A stretch of DNA of 64,000 nucleotides from an uncultured Chthonomonadaceae bacterium (lineage in GTDB: Bacteria > Armatimonadota > Chthonomonadetes > Chthonomonadales > Chthonomonadaceae), in contig CAWFQB010000002.1 of NCBI GenBank assembly GCA_963817895.1, positions 160,001-224,000 on the forward strand. Reading direction: 5' to 3'. This document shows positions 1 to 9,538 of the stretch, piece after piece. The notes beneath the pieces are model-generated. The model was not told where the DNA came from and made no database searches. It saw nothing but the letters and a program-made list of their open reading frames with translations. A program made the position numbers and the translations under genes. The stretch's first letter is position 1. Every line of letters begins with the position of its first letter.

Positions 1-1
1 G

Positions 2-397
2 ATGATGTTGGCGCGATCAGCGTTTGCCAGTCCGCCCACAACGCCGCAACTCCAACGGTCTCTGCGCGCGGCAGCGCACCCGCAGGTATCGGAATTGCGG
101 CGTAAGATGGCGGGCAAAGGCGCTGGCGTCGCCGAAACTCACGGCATGTACATTCGCGCCCCGGAATGCGTCATCAAAGACATAATCAGCACGAAGATTA
201 CACACCCGCCTGGGAGCAGCGTCACTGGCCTTGTACTCGTGTCCTGCGTGTGGAAGTCAACCGATCAGCGCACGTTTGGAAGCAGAGAAGAAGCGGAAGA
301 TGCGGAACTCACCGAGGAGGAACCCGGAAAACTACGTCTGATGTTCGCCTGGGCAGGAGGGCATTGGGCATACAAGGGCGCGAAGAAAGAGCCATGA
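2..397 (+). CDS. hypothetical protein (probably 5'-truncated by window edge)
   Basis: ORF whose TGA overlaps the next ATG (ATGA at 394-397); no recognisable motif. Confidence 0.35.
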   Translation: MMLARSAFASPPTTPQLQRSLRAAAHPQVSELRRKMAGKGAGVAETHGMYIRAPECVIKDIISTKITHPPGSSVTGLVLVSCVWKSTDQRTFGSREEAEDAELTEEEPGKLRLMFAWAGGHWAYKGAKKEP

Positions 398-630
398 GCG
401 ACCTGTACCGCCCCCGACAACCCGGCGACATTTTGCGCCTGCATGTGCCCGTTGGCGATGTTGAACCCGACAAATATGTTTTGCTGTCCATCGGTGATAG
501 TTGTTGCCTGGCGGTGTTGGGAGAGAACAGTGAAGGCTATCTGTGCGCCACCTCCACGCATATCTGGGTGTCGTTGGCAGATTTGAGTTTGTTTGTCGAA
601 ACTGGCTTGCAAATCGAACCATTGGCGTAG
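394..630 (+). CDS. small hypothetical protein (MSDLYRPRQPGD...)
   Basis: ATGA coupling to upstream ORF; followed by GGAGG RBS of next gene. Confidence 0.5.
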   Translation: MSDLYRPRQPGDILRLHVPVGDVEPDKYVLLSIGDSCCLAVLGENSEGYLCATSTHIWVSLADLSLFVETGLQIEPLA

Positions 631-642
631 GGAGGCATAGGG

Positions 643-1257
643 ATGAAGCCGAAGACCGAATGGCATGTAGAACCCTTGAATGCCCCTATCATCAAACCAC
701 TGCTCTCACGAGAACGCTTGGCATTTCACGAGGCGGGGCACACGGTTGCTGCCGTCGTATGCAAGTTGCAGATCAGTAAACTGATCATTCGGAATGAAAT
801 AGATGCGCGTGGGCCTTCATTGGGAAAGGCTGGATATGGAATTCCCGAATACCAGCGAAAACGAATCGATACCGATGTCGCCTTCTTTCACCGGATGATG
901 AGGCGTATGATTATGGCTTCAATGGCAGGGCGCATCACAGAGGAGTATTGTGCAGACTACAATCCGAACTGCCAGGGGGCGCGAGATGACATTGAAGATC
1001 AGATTCGGTTTGGTCATTTTATCCTCGCTGACCAAGATTGCCAATGGTATCAATTTCCAATGTATGCCGAACTTGAGGAACTACTTGTTGAAATCAAACG
1101 CCGTGCTATCCGTATGGTAAAAACCCACCGGTTCCGACGTGCAGTTGACGCCCTCGCTTTCCAACTAATGACATTCGGTACTGTGGAGGCGGATCAGGCA
1201 TTAGAAATTACATTACAAGCATTGCATGGACGTGAAGGAGAATGCGGTTCTGACTAA
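643..1257 (+). CDS. HExxH metalloprotease-domain protein (peptidase M41/FtsH-protease-like, stand-alone)
   Basis: AFHEAGHTVAA, MAGRITEE and GARDDIE match FtsH-like protease motifs; GGAGG RBS. Confidence 0.7.
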   Translation: MKPKTEWHVEPLNAPIIKPLLSRERLAFHEAGHTVAAVVCKLQISKLIIRNEIDARGPSLGKAGYGIPEYQRKRIDTDVAFFHRMMRRMIMASMAGRITEEYCADYNPNCQGARDDIEDQIRFGHFILADQDCQWYQFPMYAELEELLVEIKRRAIRMVKTHRFRRAVDALAFQLMTFGTVEADQALEITLQALHGREGECGSD

Positions 1258-1321
1258 ATCAGGGAGGATTTTCTAAGGCGAACAGCCAACTCTGAACAGA
1301 CTCGTCGCCAGGAGAATTCTA

Positions 1322-2512
1322 ATGCCGCACCCACGATTCCTGTTGCCCGCTACGCTTCTCGCATCCATCTTCGTCGCCACAGCCGCCCATGCCCAAACAG
1401 GCGGCTACATGGCTTCACGTCCTGACTACCTCGGCTATCTCCGTATCACCCGCACCGGCAACGCCGTGAAGGGTTATCTCCAACAGGTGTATGCCGACAA
1501 CAATCCATCCGGCTATTCCACCCGGCGCGACGATATTATCGGCACGTCCTCAGATGGCACGGTAATGCTCAAAATCAACAGTTTCTTGGGACACGGCACG
1601 CATGAACTGGATGGTGATCTCCGCAATGGGAAACTCTACCTGTCCTACCCCACTGCAAACGGGCAGGTGATGAAGTTGACATTCGCGCCCGTGACCGTGG
1701 ACGGCTGGAACGCTGCGGTGGGACGTTTTCAGCGCCAGCGTACAGTTGTTCAACTACGGCGCGCGGTGAATGCGGCTACGGAACGGCAGCGATGGCACAA
1801 TCAGTTGATACGCGCCCAACTGATCCAGGACTTCACCCGCGCCCATCAAACCCTCAACGAAGCCGCACCTGCCCTCATTAAATGGGAGGAGAAAGTAGAA
1901 CTAGCACAGGCTGCGGTAATGACCACCCAAGCCGCGCAAGAGGCCGCCAAACGCGCCCATGCAGATGCCAAGCAAGCCTACGAGACCAAAAAACAGGACT
2001 ATCAAGCCACCAAAAGTCAGCGCACCGCCGACGAGAATGAGCGGCAATACGCCACCCTTGAACGCGAATACGACCAAGTGGGCAAGGTGTATGACCTCAT
2101 ATCACCGGCCTACGATAAATGGACGAATGCGAAGCAGGCGTTGAGCGAGGCGAAGTCTGCATACAACCAAGACTGGGCAATTTTTCTTCGGGCTGGACAG
2201 CAGGTGGCGCAGGCCCGGCGCGAAATGGGCACACTGGGGCCGCTCCCCATCGAGTTTCATGTCGAAGCCGGAATGAACGCCAGTCCCGCCGCAGACGAAC
2301 TGAACGTCTACCGGCGCTTCATGGATGGGCATACGATGTTGCTCACAACCCTCCCCAAAGACACGCCCTTCACCGTTGCGGTAGCGGACGGCGACTGGTA
2401 CGCTTTGATTCTGAATGATAAGCGGCTGGGCTGGGTGAAGGCTGGTGACGTGAAGGTGATGCGGGGCATCGGCGCACCTTCCCCAACAGGGCGTTCTCCA
2501 CGTCACCAATAA
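1322..2512 (+). CDS. secreted coiled-coil protein with C-terminal SH3-like domain
   Basis: Signal peptide (AHA|Q), Ala/Lys/Gln-rich helical middle, C-terminal GDWY...LGWVK; AGGAG RBS. Confidence 0.65.
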   Translation: MPHPRFLLPATLLASIFVATAAHAQTGGYMASRPDYLGYLRITRTGNAVKGYLQQVYADNNPSGYSTRRDDIIGTSSDGTVMLKINSFLGHGTHELDGDLRNGKLYLSYPTANGQVMKLTFAPVTVDGWNAAVGRFQRQRTVVQLRRAVNAATERQRWHNQLIRAQLIQDFTRAHQTLNEAAPALIKWEEKVELAQAAVMTTQAAQEAAKRAHADAKQAYETKKQDYQATKSQRTADENERQYATLEREYDQVGKVYDLISPAYDKWTNAKQALSEAKSAYNQDWAIFLRAGQQVAQARREMGTLGPLPIEFHVEAGMNASPAADELNVYRRFMDGHTMLLTTLPKDTPFTVAVADGDWYALILNDKRLGWVKAGDVKVMRGIGAPSPTGRSPRHQ

Positions 2513-2866
2513 ACAGGGCAGTCGTAAAAATTTCCACCTGTCCTGTGTCATTCCTCACTCAAGCACAAATATAACTCCATTACCACATACTCACTCCGCC
2601 CTGCGTCCTTTATTCCGTCCGTTCACCCAAGTTCGCCCCGGCTCCCTATTCACCATGAGGGGTCGGAGAAATTTTCGTCGGGCCAAACCCTTGATTATCG
2701 CCAATCCCTCCATGTTGCATAACTGGTGAAACTACCGAACAAGTGTGCAGGTGATTCGTGGGATATAATGATTGTGCGACAAGAGACACGATCTCTCCGG
2801 TCTCGCATTCATCACTATTACGGCGCGGGAAATTTTCCGCGCTGTACACACTCAAAAGGTAAACCA

Positions 2867-3691
2867 TTGGAAACAATAATTCAATCCACGCAATCGCCCA
2901 CAAATCCTATGCTGTTGGCAGATACTTACTTAGACGCCATCAGGAATTTCAAGGACAAAGCCGGAATGGACTGGTACTACAATGACAGCACGAATGATGT
3001 GCTTGCACTACTCTCGCTGGCAGCAGCCATGACCAGCGAACTAGGAAACCTCCTGTGGGCTCTGAAACGCGCAGTATCACCTTGCGACAAAGGCCACGCG
3101 CGGGAATCACATGCAACAACGCAGTGGTCATGGCTAAATGCTGACGTTGAGCGTATGCGGCAGGCCCTTATAGGCAATCGCAGCCTTATCACCGAACTTA
3201 GTGACGCACGCGACAAAGCAAAGTGCATCACAGAAGTTTATGGCAAGGCATCAGCCGGAGACGCGCATAAGGAACGACTAATGATTGAAACCGCAAATCA
3301 AACGATCCAACCGCTACTACCCGCACAGTTGCCAAATTCTTACGTGGAGGCCATCAGTGATTTCAAGGAAAAAGCCGGAATCGAATGGGACTACAGCGAC
3401 AGCACGAATGACGTGCTTGCACTGCTCTCGCTGGCAGCAGCCATGACCAGCGAACTAGGAAACCTCCTGTGGGCTGCACAGCGCACAGCATCGCCTTGTG
3501 ACAAAGGTTATTCTATTGATGCACATGCAACAACACACTGGTCATGGTTACACGCTGACATTGAGCGTTTGCACCATGCAGTTACAGGCAATCGCGGCCT
3601 TGCCAGTGAACTCAGTGACGCACAATGCAGGGCAAAGCGCATCACTGAAGTCTTTGGCACGAGACGAGCGAAAGAAGCGCAGGCGGCCTGA
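2867..3691 (+). CDS. hypothetical protein made of two tandem ~138-aa repeats
   Basis: Internal duplication with 414-bp period; TTG at 2867 follows AAAGGT and aligns with the start of the second repeat. Confidence 0.65.
   Translation: METIIQSTQSPTNPMLLADTYLDAIRNFKDKAGMDWYYNDSTNDVLALLSLAAAMTSELGNLLWALKRAVSPCDKGHARESHATTQWSWLNADVERMRQALIGNRSLITELSDARDKAKCITEVYGKASAGDAHKERLMIETANQTIQPLLPAQLPNSYVEAISDFKEKAGIEWDYSDSTNDVLALLSLAAAMTSELGNLLWAAQRTASPCDKGYSIDAHATTHWSWLHADIERLHHAVTGNRGLASELSDAQCRAKRITEVFGTRRAKEAQAA
2984..3475 (+). repeat. 78-bp near-identical direct repeat (2984-3061 and 3398-3475, 2 mismatches)
   Basis: Direct base comparison. Confidence 0.9.
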
Positions 3692-3702
3692 TTATATATA
3701 AG

Positions 3703-3728
3703 ACACGCGGGGAATTTTCCCCGCGTGT
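3703..3728. terminator. hairpin ACACGCGGGGAA-TT-TTCCCCGCGTGT, likely terminator
   Basis: Perfect 12-bp arms just after the stop at 3691. Confidence 0.55.
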
Positions 3729-4026
3729 GCCACTTATAGACTAATCAGACTCTCGTAATCGGACTCCTGCCTCCAATCGGTGCATCACGGCCCGGCGATT
3801 TTGCGCCAGTGGTGAAAGCCTCCATCCACGACCCTCCACTGCGAAGTTACCATTATACGCCTATAACACGGCCCCATTGAATCAGGTTGCCCACTCCGTT
3901 TGGCTCTCGTGGTCTGCTGTTTGTAATTTTCACACTCCCAAACAACTGGGGCATTGTCTTCTGCTCGTTGTTTTGCAAGCATGGCGTCCTGTTCTGCCTG
4001 CATCCGCTCCATTTCAGGGGATGGAG

Positions 4027-4419
4027 TTAGATACATTGCAGTCGGGCCACACGGTTGAGTGTCTGCCCGAAGTAGTTGCCATCACGTTCTTCGGCTACAC
4101 CTGTATGCAACCCCATACGAACGCGCAGTGAGCCAGTCTCGCCCCACTCCTCATTTAGAAGACGTAAATGGGATTGAACAGCGGCGTTCAAGGCGTCGGG
4201 CGCAGTAGGAAAGGCCGCGCAAAAGGCATCGCCCACCGTCTTGAAGACATAGCCGTTATTATTCTCAATGGCCTGCCGAAGCAATTCATCGTGACGGGCA
4301 AGCGCCTGCTGCATGGCTCCGGGGTAGGCTTCCCAGAGTTTGGTAGAGCCTTCGATGTCGGTAAAAAGAAAGGTGACAGTTCCAGTAGGCAAAGCAGGCA
4401 TGGGCATTCTCCTGTACAA
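4027..4419 (-). pseudogene. truncated class III adenylate/guanylate cyclase domain gene
   Basis: TFLFTDIEGST, KTVGDAF, RVRMGLHTG, NRVARL; stops before the usual GHGGQ motif and downstream domains. Confidence 0.8.
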
Positions 4420-4690
4420 TCAACACCGCATAGTTCGTCAGCACAAGACATTTTCCTGCCTTCAAACCAAATCCGCAGAACATTCATTTTGCCGTCGTGA
4501 AAACCTTCAATGCCTTATTTTGATACAGTTCATGTTTAGTATTAAAATTCCTGGTGTGAAAGGAGCCAGGCGAGATAGGTGGCACTCGCAAAAAGCCAGA
4601 AAAAGAGAATAGACGCCTCTGTTGAACCAGAATATTCCTCGGTTCAATTCGCAACCAGAACAGCATGTTAGTTATTTACTGTTCCTAAAA

Positions 4691-4719
4691 TTGACAAGTT
4701 ACGATTTTAGTTGTATAAT
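4691..4719 (+). promoter_or_regulatory. perfect sigma70 consensus promoter for the recombinase
   Basis: TTGACA (4691-4696), 17 bp, TATAAT (4714-4719); inverted repeat CTAAAAT...ATTTTAG (4685-4710) overlaps -35. Confidence 0.8.
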
Positions 4720-4745
4720 AGTGGAGGCGTTTAGAAGGAAGAATC

Positions 4746-7166
4746 ATGGCTCGAAGGAACCAACAAACTATGCTGGCCCAAGAAGAACCCGATGTTCATA
4801 TTGTCGCAAGAACAGCAGCAAGCGTTGCGTCCAGCACGCGCGACATTCTCACAGTTCAGCAATTTATTGATCTCTGCACACGCTTGCAACCTGTCCGTGC
4901 CGCAGAAGACAAAGACAGCGGCCTGTGTGTGACGGCACTCATTGAATACCTCATAGTCGATGGCGAAGTGATCAAACTATCGCTGATTGACGGTCGTTGG
5001 GCTGCTTTATACGTGCGCGTCAGCGATGATGGGCAGCGCAGCAGCAAATCTGGCAAAGCGGTTGCGGATGGCTTTTCGGAAGATGAGCAACTGGAACGCG
5101 GCGTCCGCTATTTTATCAGCAAAAAGCAAGCGTTCAAGGTTTACTCAGACTGCGGCATCTCTGGCGACTATCCCATTGATGACGACAACCTAATCCGTCG
5201 CCTGCTTCAAGGACGGGCAGCGCGCTATCGCAAAATCTACACCCGCACCCTTCTTGACGAGACCTCCCTGCTGCGCCGTTCGGAAGCAGAGATCGCGTCC
5301 ATGAACGCATACGTAGATGGACAGTGCGCCAAGATTTTACAAAGCAACGTCAGCGAGGAAGAAATTTACACGTCGGATGAGTTGGGTGTGCGGCAGAAAT
5401 TGCGACTTAAGGGAAGGCCACGCAAGCATGTATTCTTCCGGCAGGGCTATTCGCAACTTTGGCAAGACATAGAGCAGGATAAGGTGCATACGATTGCCGC
5501 CAGCGACCGATCCCGCCTCAACCGCGCCGCCGATTTGGAAACCGAATTCCTGCAAAGGATTAGCCAGCATAATGTGCGCCTGCACGGGCTGATTGAGGAC
5601 ATGTCCACACTGGATGTCTCCGATCCACTCCGCAAAGGCACAACCTATCTGCTTGCGTCGGTAAACGAATATCGCTTGGAAGAATTGGCGGGACATTCGT
5701 TCCGCGGCAAAATCCAGGGACTTGCAGATGGAAACACAAGTGGGCGGCTTCCCTGGTGGTTGCAGCGCACAAGAACGGGCAAGGCTGAAATCATTCCCGG
5801 TGCGGACGACATTGCCCGTAAAATGGTAAACCTCTACTTGTCGGGCTTGGGCTACGCGGCTATTGCGACGCGACTGGATAAAGACAATGTGCGAGTGGGC
5901 GGCAAGCGCATCACGAGCCGTCAAGTCGCTTATATGCTCGACAGCGATGCCCTTATTGGTATCCAATGGCAACTTGGTTTGGCATGGTGCATCTTTCCTG
6001 CGCTTTTGGATGAGGAGACGCTGCAAGACTTGCGCTGCAAACGCAACAAACGCGCCCATGCCATTAAGAACTTGCACGAGACAGCACAGTGGGCTGATCA
6101 CCTTTTTACGGGCATCCTGAACTGTTGTTGTGGCGCGCGGCTTATCTATAATGCTCCTCGCAAGAGCGACAAAGAAAAAGGGCGCGGGGGCTATTATCGC
6201 TGCCTCACGCGCAATACGCAGGAGGGAGACGATAGTACGCACGCTTGGATCAACGAAGACACGCTTGATGCCTTTCTTTCGGAGATTCTGCGCCACAACC
6301 CCAACCTGCTCACGGGTGAGTTTGGCAGTGATCTGGGCGATCCGCTTTCCCAAAGTACGGCTCGCCGCAGTCTACTCCAAGAGCAACTGGCCCAGGCAGA
6401 GCGCGGATTTGTGGAACAGGAGAAAGAGGCAAAGATCAAGGCCGAGCAGTTGGCAGTGGGAATGGGCCTTCATGTAGGTGCGCCGGGGTTCAAAGAAGCC
6501 GTGTCTGGAATCGTCAAAGGACTAATGGGCGAGAAACAAGTAGAACTGGACACGCTTCGCCACGAAATTGATGATCTAAGCGGACAGATCAGTGATGACC
6601 GCCGAAAGCGGGAGTTGGCAGCGTCCGTCCAGCGATTGCAGGGATGGGATAATCTGGATAACATAACGCGCAACAGGTTACTCCGCACCATCTTCGAGCG
6701 TATCTCCATCTACCCGATGTCCAGAGGAGGCTATCTCGATATTAAACTGGCAGGCATAGATGTTCACCTACCCCCCGCCAAGATGCGTCGTATGAAAGCG
6801 AAGCAAATTGCGTTGCCGACACCAAAAGAATGGCTCACGGACATGTTGCGGTATGCTGCCGATCCAGAATGGTTGACACACACGGAAATGAAGATGAACT
6901 CCCGCACGATGAGACCATTCAACGCCTTTTTGAAAACGATACGCAATGAGAATTGTCCAATAGGCGGGTTGGCAGCGCGTCTGTGTGCCGATGCAGGCTT
7001 TCCGCAGCGGGTGTATTACAAGCCGCGTGTAGAGGCATATATGCGGCAGCAAGGGGCAAGCGAGGAGGAAGTAGCGCTCCTCAATGAAATGTGGGAGCGC
7101 TATGTAGAGGCTGAACTAAGTCGGAGAGAAGCCAAGCAAGTAGAAGAAAGTACGCCTGCGGATTAA
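4746..7166 (+). CDS. large serine recombinase (integrase)
   Basis: AALYVRVS catalytic motif, YSDCGISG, DRSRLNR, recombinase domain, zinc ribbon FTGILNCCCG...YYRC, coiled coil, RNRLLRTIFERI. Confidence 0.9.
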   Translation: MARRNQQTMLAQEEPDVHIVARTAASVASSTRDILTVQQFIDLCTRLQPVRAAEDKDSGLCVTALIEYLIVDGEVIKLSLIDGRWAALYVRVSDDGQRSSKSGKAVADGFSEDEQLERGVRYFISKKQAFKVYSDCGISGDYPIDDDNLIRRLLQGRAARYRKIYTRTLLDETSLLRRSEAEIASMNAYVDGQCAKILQSNVSEEEIYTSDELGVRQKLRLKGRPRKHVFFRQGYSQLWQDIEQDKVHTIAASDRSRLNRAADLETEFLQRISQHNVRLHGLIEDMSTLDVSDPLRKGTTYLLASVNEYRLEELAGHSFRGKIQGLADGNTSGRLPWWLQRTRTGKAEIIPGADDIARKMVNLYLSGLGYAAIATRLDKDNVRVGGKRITSRQVAYMLDSDALIGIQWQLGLAWCIFPALLDEETLQDLRCKRNKRAHAIKNLHETAQWADHLFTGILNCCCGARLIYNAPRKSDKEKGRGGYYRCLTRNTQEGDDSTHAWINEDTLDAFLSEILRHNPNLLTGEFGSDLGDPLSQSTARRSLLQEQLAQAERGFVEQEKEAKIKAEQLAVGMGLHVGAPGFKEAVSGIVKGLMGEKQVELDTLRHEIDDLSGQISDDRRKRELAASVQRLQGWDNLDNITRNRLLRTIFERISIYPMSRGGYLDIKLAGIDVHLPPAKMRRMKAKQIALPTPKEWLTDMLRYAADPEWLTHTEMKMNSRTMRPFNAFLKTIRNENCPIGGLAARLCADAGFPQRVYYKPRVEAYMRQQGASEEEVALLNEMWERYVEAELSRREAKQVEESTPAD

Positions 7167-7376
7167 CTACCAGACGAACAGCCGTAGCCCATGATAGACG
7201 CTGCGGTGGGCTTCGCTTTCCGGTTGCTGCGCCATCTGTTGCAGGCGATCAACAACCTGCGTGCGAGTCTCCCAAAGAGAAGGATGTACAGCATCTTTTT
7301 GGACTTCGTTCAGATGGTTGGCAAGGTTCTGGTAATCGTCAGCAGTTGGTTGTTTGGCAAAGTGGAACATGCGCAT
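7167..7376 (-). CDS. small hypothetical protein convergent with the recombinase
   Basis: 69 aa, TAGGAG immediately upstream, stop abuts the recombinase stop. Confidence 0.45.
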   Translation of the reverse strand: MRMFHFAKQPTADDYQNLANHLNEVQKDAVHPSLWETRTQVVDRLQQMAQQPESEAHRSVYHGLRLFVW

Positions 7377-7473
7377 CTCCTAAAAGCGATCATTGCAATA
7401 TAGTATACTCTAGCCAAATCGTTCATGCAAGGGAGATGGAAAAGAAATCGTTGTATGTTTGCTTGCTAAAATG

Positions 7474-7647
7474 GATCAGCCCAGTCGAAAGAAATTTTTG
7501 ACTGGGCTGATCTGCGTCTGCCAATTGGCAGACTATTCTCTCTGGATCATTTCTTGTGGGACAAGATATAATATGTCCGTGAATACGTAGAGGCGTGGCA
7601 GAAATATTTCTGCCACGCCTCTACAATTTGTCGGAAGGTCTATCCGA
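7474..7647. repeat. cluster of inverted repeats/palindromes
   Basis: 7474-7512 (13-bp arms), 7516-7533 (18-bp palindrome), 7587-7624 (38-bp perfect palindrome), 7631-7647 small hairpin. Confidence 0.85.
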
Positions 7648-7678
7648 TCTAACAATCAATTTGCTCTCGCTTAAGCCG

Positions 7679-9538
7679 CTATGGGCGAACACCGTTCAGT
7701 TCTCCATCACACCTGTCAACTGCTCGCTGATACCAGCCTCCGACGTTACCACCCGATGCCGCACTTACCGCAGGCGCAGGATTCGCAAATCGATACCACC
7801 CATTGCATGTTGCCTCCTGCTGCTTTGTAGACCTTTGGCTATTGCGTAGCCATGCTAAAAGTCGTTCAAGGGCGACGCAATCCTTTTCTAAATATTCGGC
7901 GATGAGTTTCATTTCGTCGGTTTTGAGGGGTTCTTCCTCCTCGTACGCGGCCCATCCCGCGACTTGTGCCGCCTGCCCCGACATACCATCAGGCCACTCT
8001 ACCTTATAGCGCGGCGCGTATTCCCCCAATGCCTGCGCAATTTCCTTGAGACCGAAGTTCCAGCAACCGGGTAGGCACACCGGCCCTTGTAGAAACACCT
8101 CGCGCAGATCAACGAATGGCAGAGTTTCCAATTGCCATAAGCCGTGTCGTTGGGCGGCCTGCCGCGCTTGCCATACTTCTGCACTGCTGAAATGATACAG
8201 GGCAGCAGTCTTCGATGGATCAAATACTCCTCGCCCACGTAAAAAGGAGAGGAACTTGCGGAGCATTTTGGCCTCAGCCTCGTGCGTTTCTTCTTCCGCC
8301 GTAAAGCGCCTGAAAATCCACTTTCGACCCTCCTTGTATCCGCAGCCGATCATAAAGATCATAGGCGTGCCTGGTAGTAGGGGCCATTCATTAAAGTCCG
8401 GCTTCAACCCCGACATGTACTCCATATCGAGCATTATGGAAACCTCTGCTTTACGCGGCACGAGGTTAGAGGGGATGTCCGACGCTTTGCCGGTTTTGTT
8501 GGCCTTCAACACTGCGCGCAGGCGTTCCGCCAGCGCCGGGTAGATGCCGTCTACATCCTCAAAACGCAGCCGATCAATGTTGCGTGAGAGCAGATCGTCA
8601 ATGCTTGTAAAGCCGTGCAACCGCATTTTGCGGGCGGTCTCCTGGCCTACTCCGGGCAACGTGAGCAAAGAACGAGGTCTCACCTTGTCCCGCAAAATTT
8701 CCTGTTTCGCGTTGTGGAACGGTTCGTCAGATTTATTCATGGGGTTAAGAACCGTTTTTTTGTTTTTGTTTCCCCACGGCAGCCAATTTGCCCCACGCAA
8801 TTTGATGTCCAAGTAGGCATCCCGCAAGTCAGTCAATTCATCGTCCAGGGGTTCATCGATTTTAAGGTTGACATCTACGATAAGGGGTGCATCAATGGTG
8901 TCTCTGGAAATGATGTAGGCGCGGCGGGGCATGTGTCCTTGCAGTTGTCCCAGCATGTAACTGTAAATTCGGGTCTGGGTGGTGGCGTGTTCCAGGTGGT
9001 CTTTCTTCGCCGTTGAATCCAAATTTTGCGAAAACTTGAAATCAATCACAACGTAGTGAGGTGGCTCCTCCACAGTCGGCTTGAGGTGGGGGTAGCGCTT
9101 GTAGAGCCAGGATGTGTGAACGATTCCATCCGCCACCCCGTAAATTTGCTCTGGATACCACCACAGCGCCGCCTGCCAGAGAAACTTTGTTCCTTTTTGA
9201 AGATGCTCAACGGTTTTCTCAAAAGCGTCCTTATTACGCACTTCCCCATTGTGCTGCAACAGGCGCACGGCATGGGGAGCCTCATGGCGGATGTAGGCGG
9301 CTTCAAACTCAGCGCCTAATTTGCTCAGAAATGGTAAGAGACGGTATCTGCCACTGTCTTTATGGTAGCCCTGATTTTGACCGTGTTCGGCGATCCAGAC
9401 GAGTCCTGGATCATTGAAGATGATCGCCCTCCCACGGCTCGCGGAAAACATGTCATCTGAGATACAATCCTGCCCGCCCGTCGCGCGCTCTAATACGTTA
9501 TTTGGTTCCATCGCAAACTCCAAAAAGAAAGTGTGCAA
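7679..9538 (-). CDS. TM0106-family RecB-like nuclease with HhH and RNase H-like C-terminal domain
   Basis: GVADGIV...VIDFK PD-(D/E)xK motif, QTRIY, LPGVG HhH, LDME/VDL/GLK/YLEKDC RNase H-like motifs; start may be 9511. Confidence 0.8.
   Translation of the reverse strand: MHTFFLEFAMEPNNVLERATGGQDCISDDMFSASRGRAIIFNDPGLVWIAEHGQNQGYHKDSGRYRLLPFLSKLGAEFEAAYIRHEAPHAVRLLQHNGEVRNKDAFEKTVEHLQKGTKFLWQAALWWYPEQIYGVADGIVHTSWLYKRYPHLKPTVEEPPHYVVIDFKFSQNLDSTAKKDHLEHATTQTRIYSYMLGQLQGHMPRRAYIISRDTIDAPLIVDVNLKIDEPLDDELTDLRDAYLDIKLRGANWLPWGNKNKKTVLNPMNKSDEPFHNAKQEILRDKVRPRSLLTLPGVGQETARKMRLHGFTSIDDLLSRNIDRLRFEDVDGIYPALAERLRAVLKANKTGKASDIPSNLVPRKAEVSIMLDMEYMSGLKPDFNEWPLLPGTPMIFMIGCGYKEGRKWIFRRFTAEEETHEAEAKMLRKFLSFLRGRGVFDPSKTAALYHFSSAEVWQARQAAQRHGLWQLETLPFVDLREVFLQGPVCLPGCWNFGLKEIAQALGEYAPRYKVEWPDGMSGQAAQVAGWAAYEEEEPLKTDEMKLIAEYLEKDCVALERLLAWLRNSQRSTKQQEATCNGWYRFANPAPAVSAASGGNVGGWYQRAVDRCDGELNGVRP

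Noticed and set aside
2867..3691. Diversity-generating retroelement TR/VR pair
   Set aside because: Mismatches are not adenine-specific, both copies lie in one ORF, and no reverse transcriptase is visible
4666..4686. Weak similarity (TTATTTACTGTTCCT) to the reverse complement of the 27-bp repeat
   Set aside because: Short, gapped and AT-rich; could be chance
4420..4740. attL/attR direct repeat shared with 63270-63510
   Set aside because: Only short matches (about 8 bp) found by eye; serine-integrase cores can be too short to see
5337..6353. Long antisense ORFs (also 15530-16945, 36061-37497, 53172-54095 and others)
   Set aside because: Shadow ORFs opposite well-supported genes in GC-rich DNA, with no motifs
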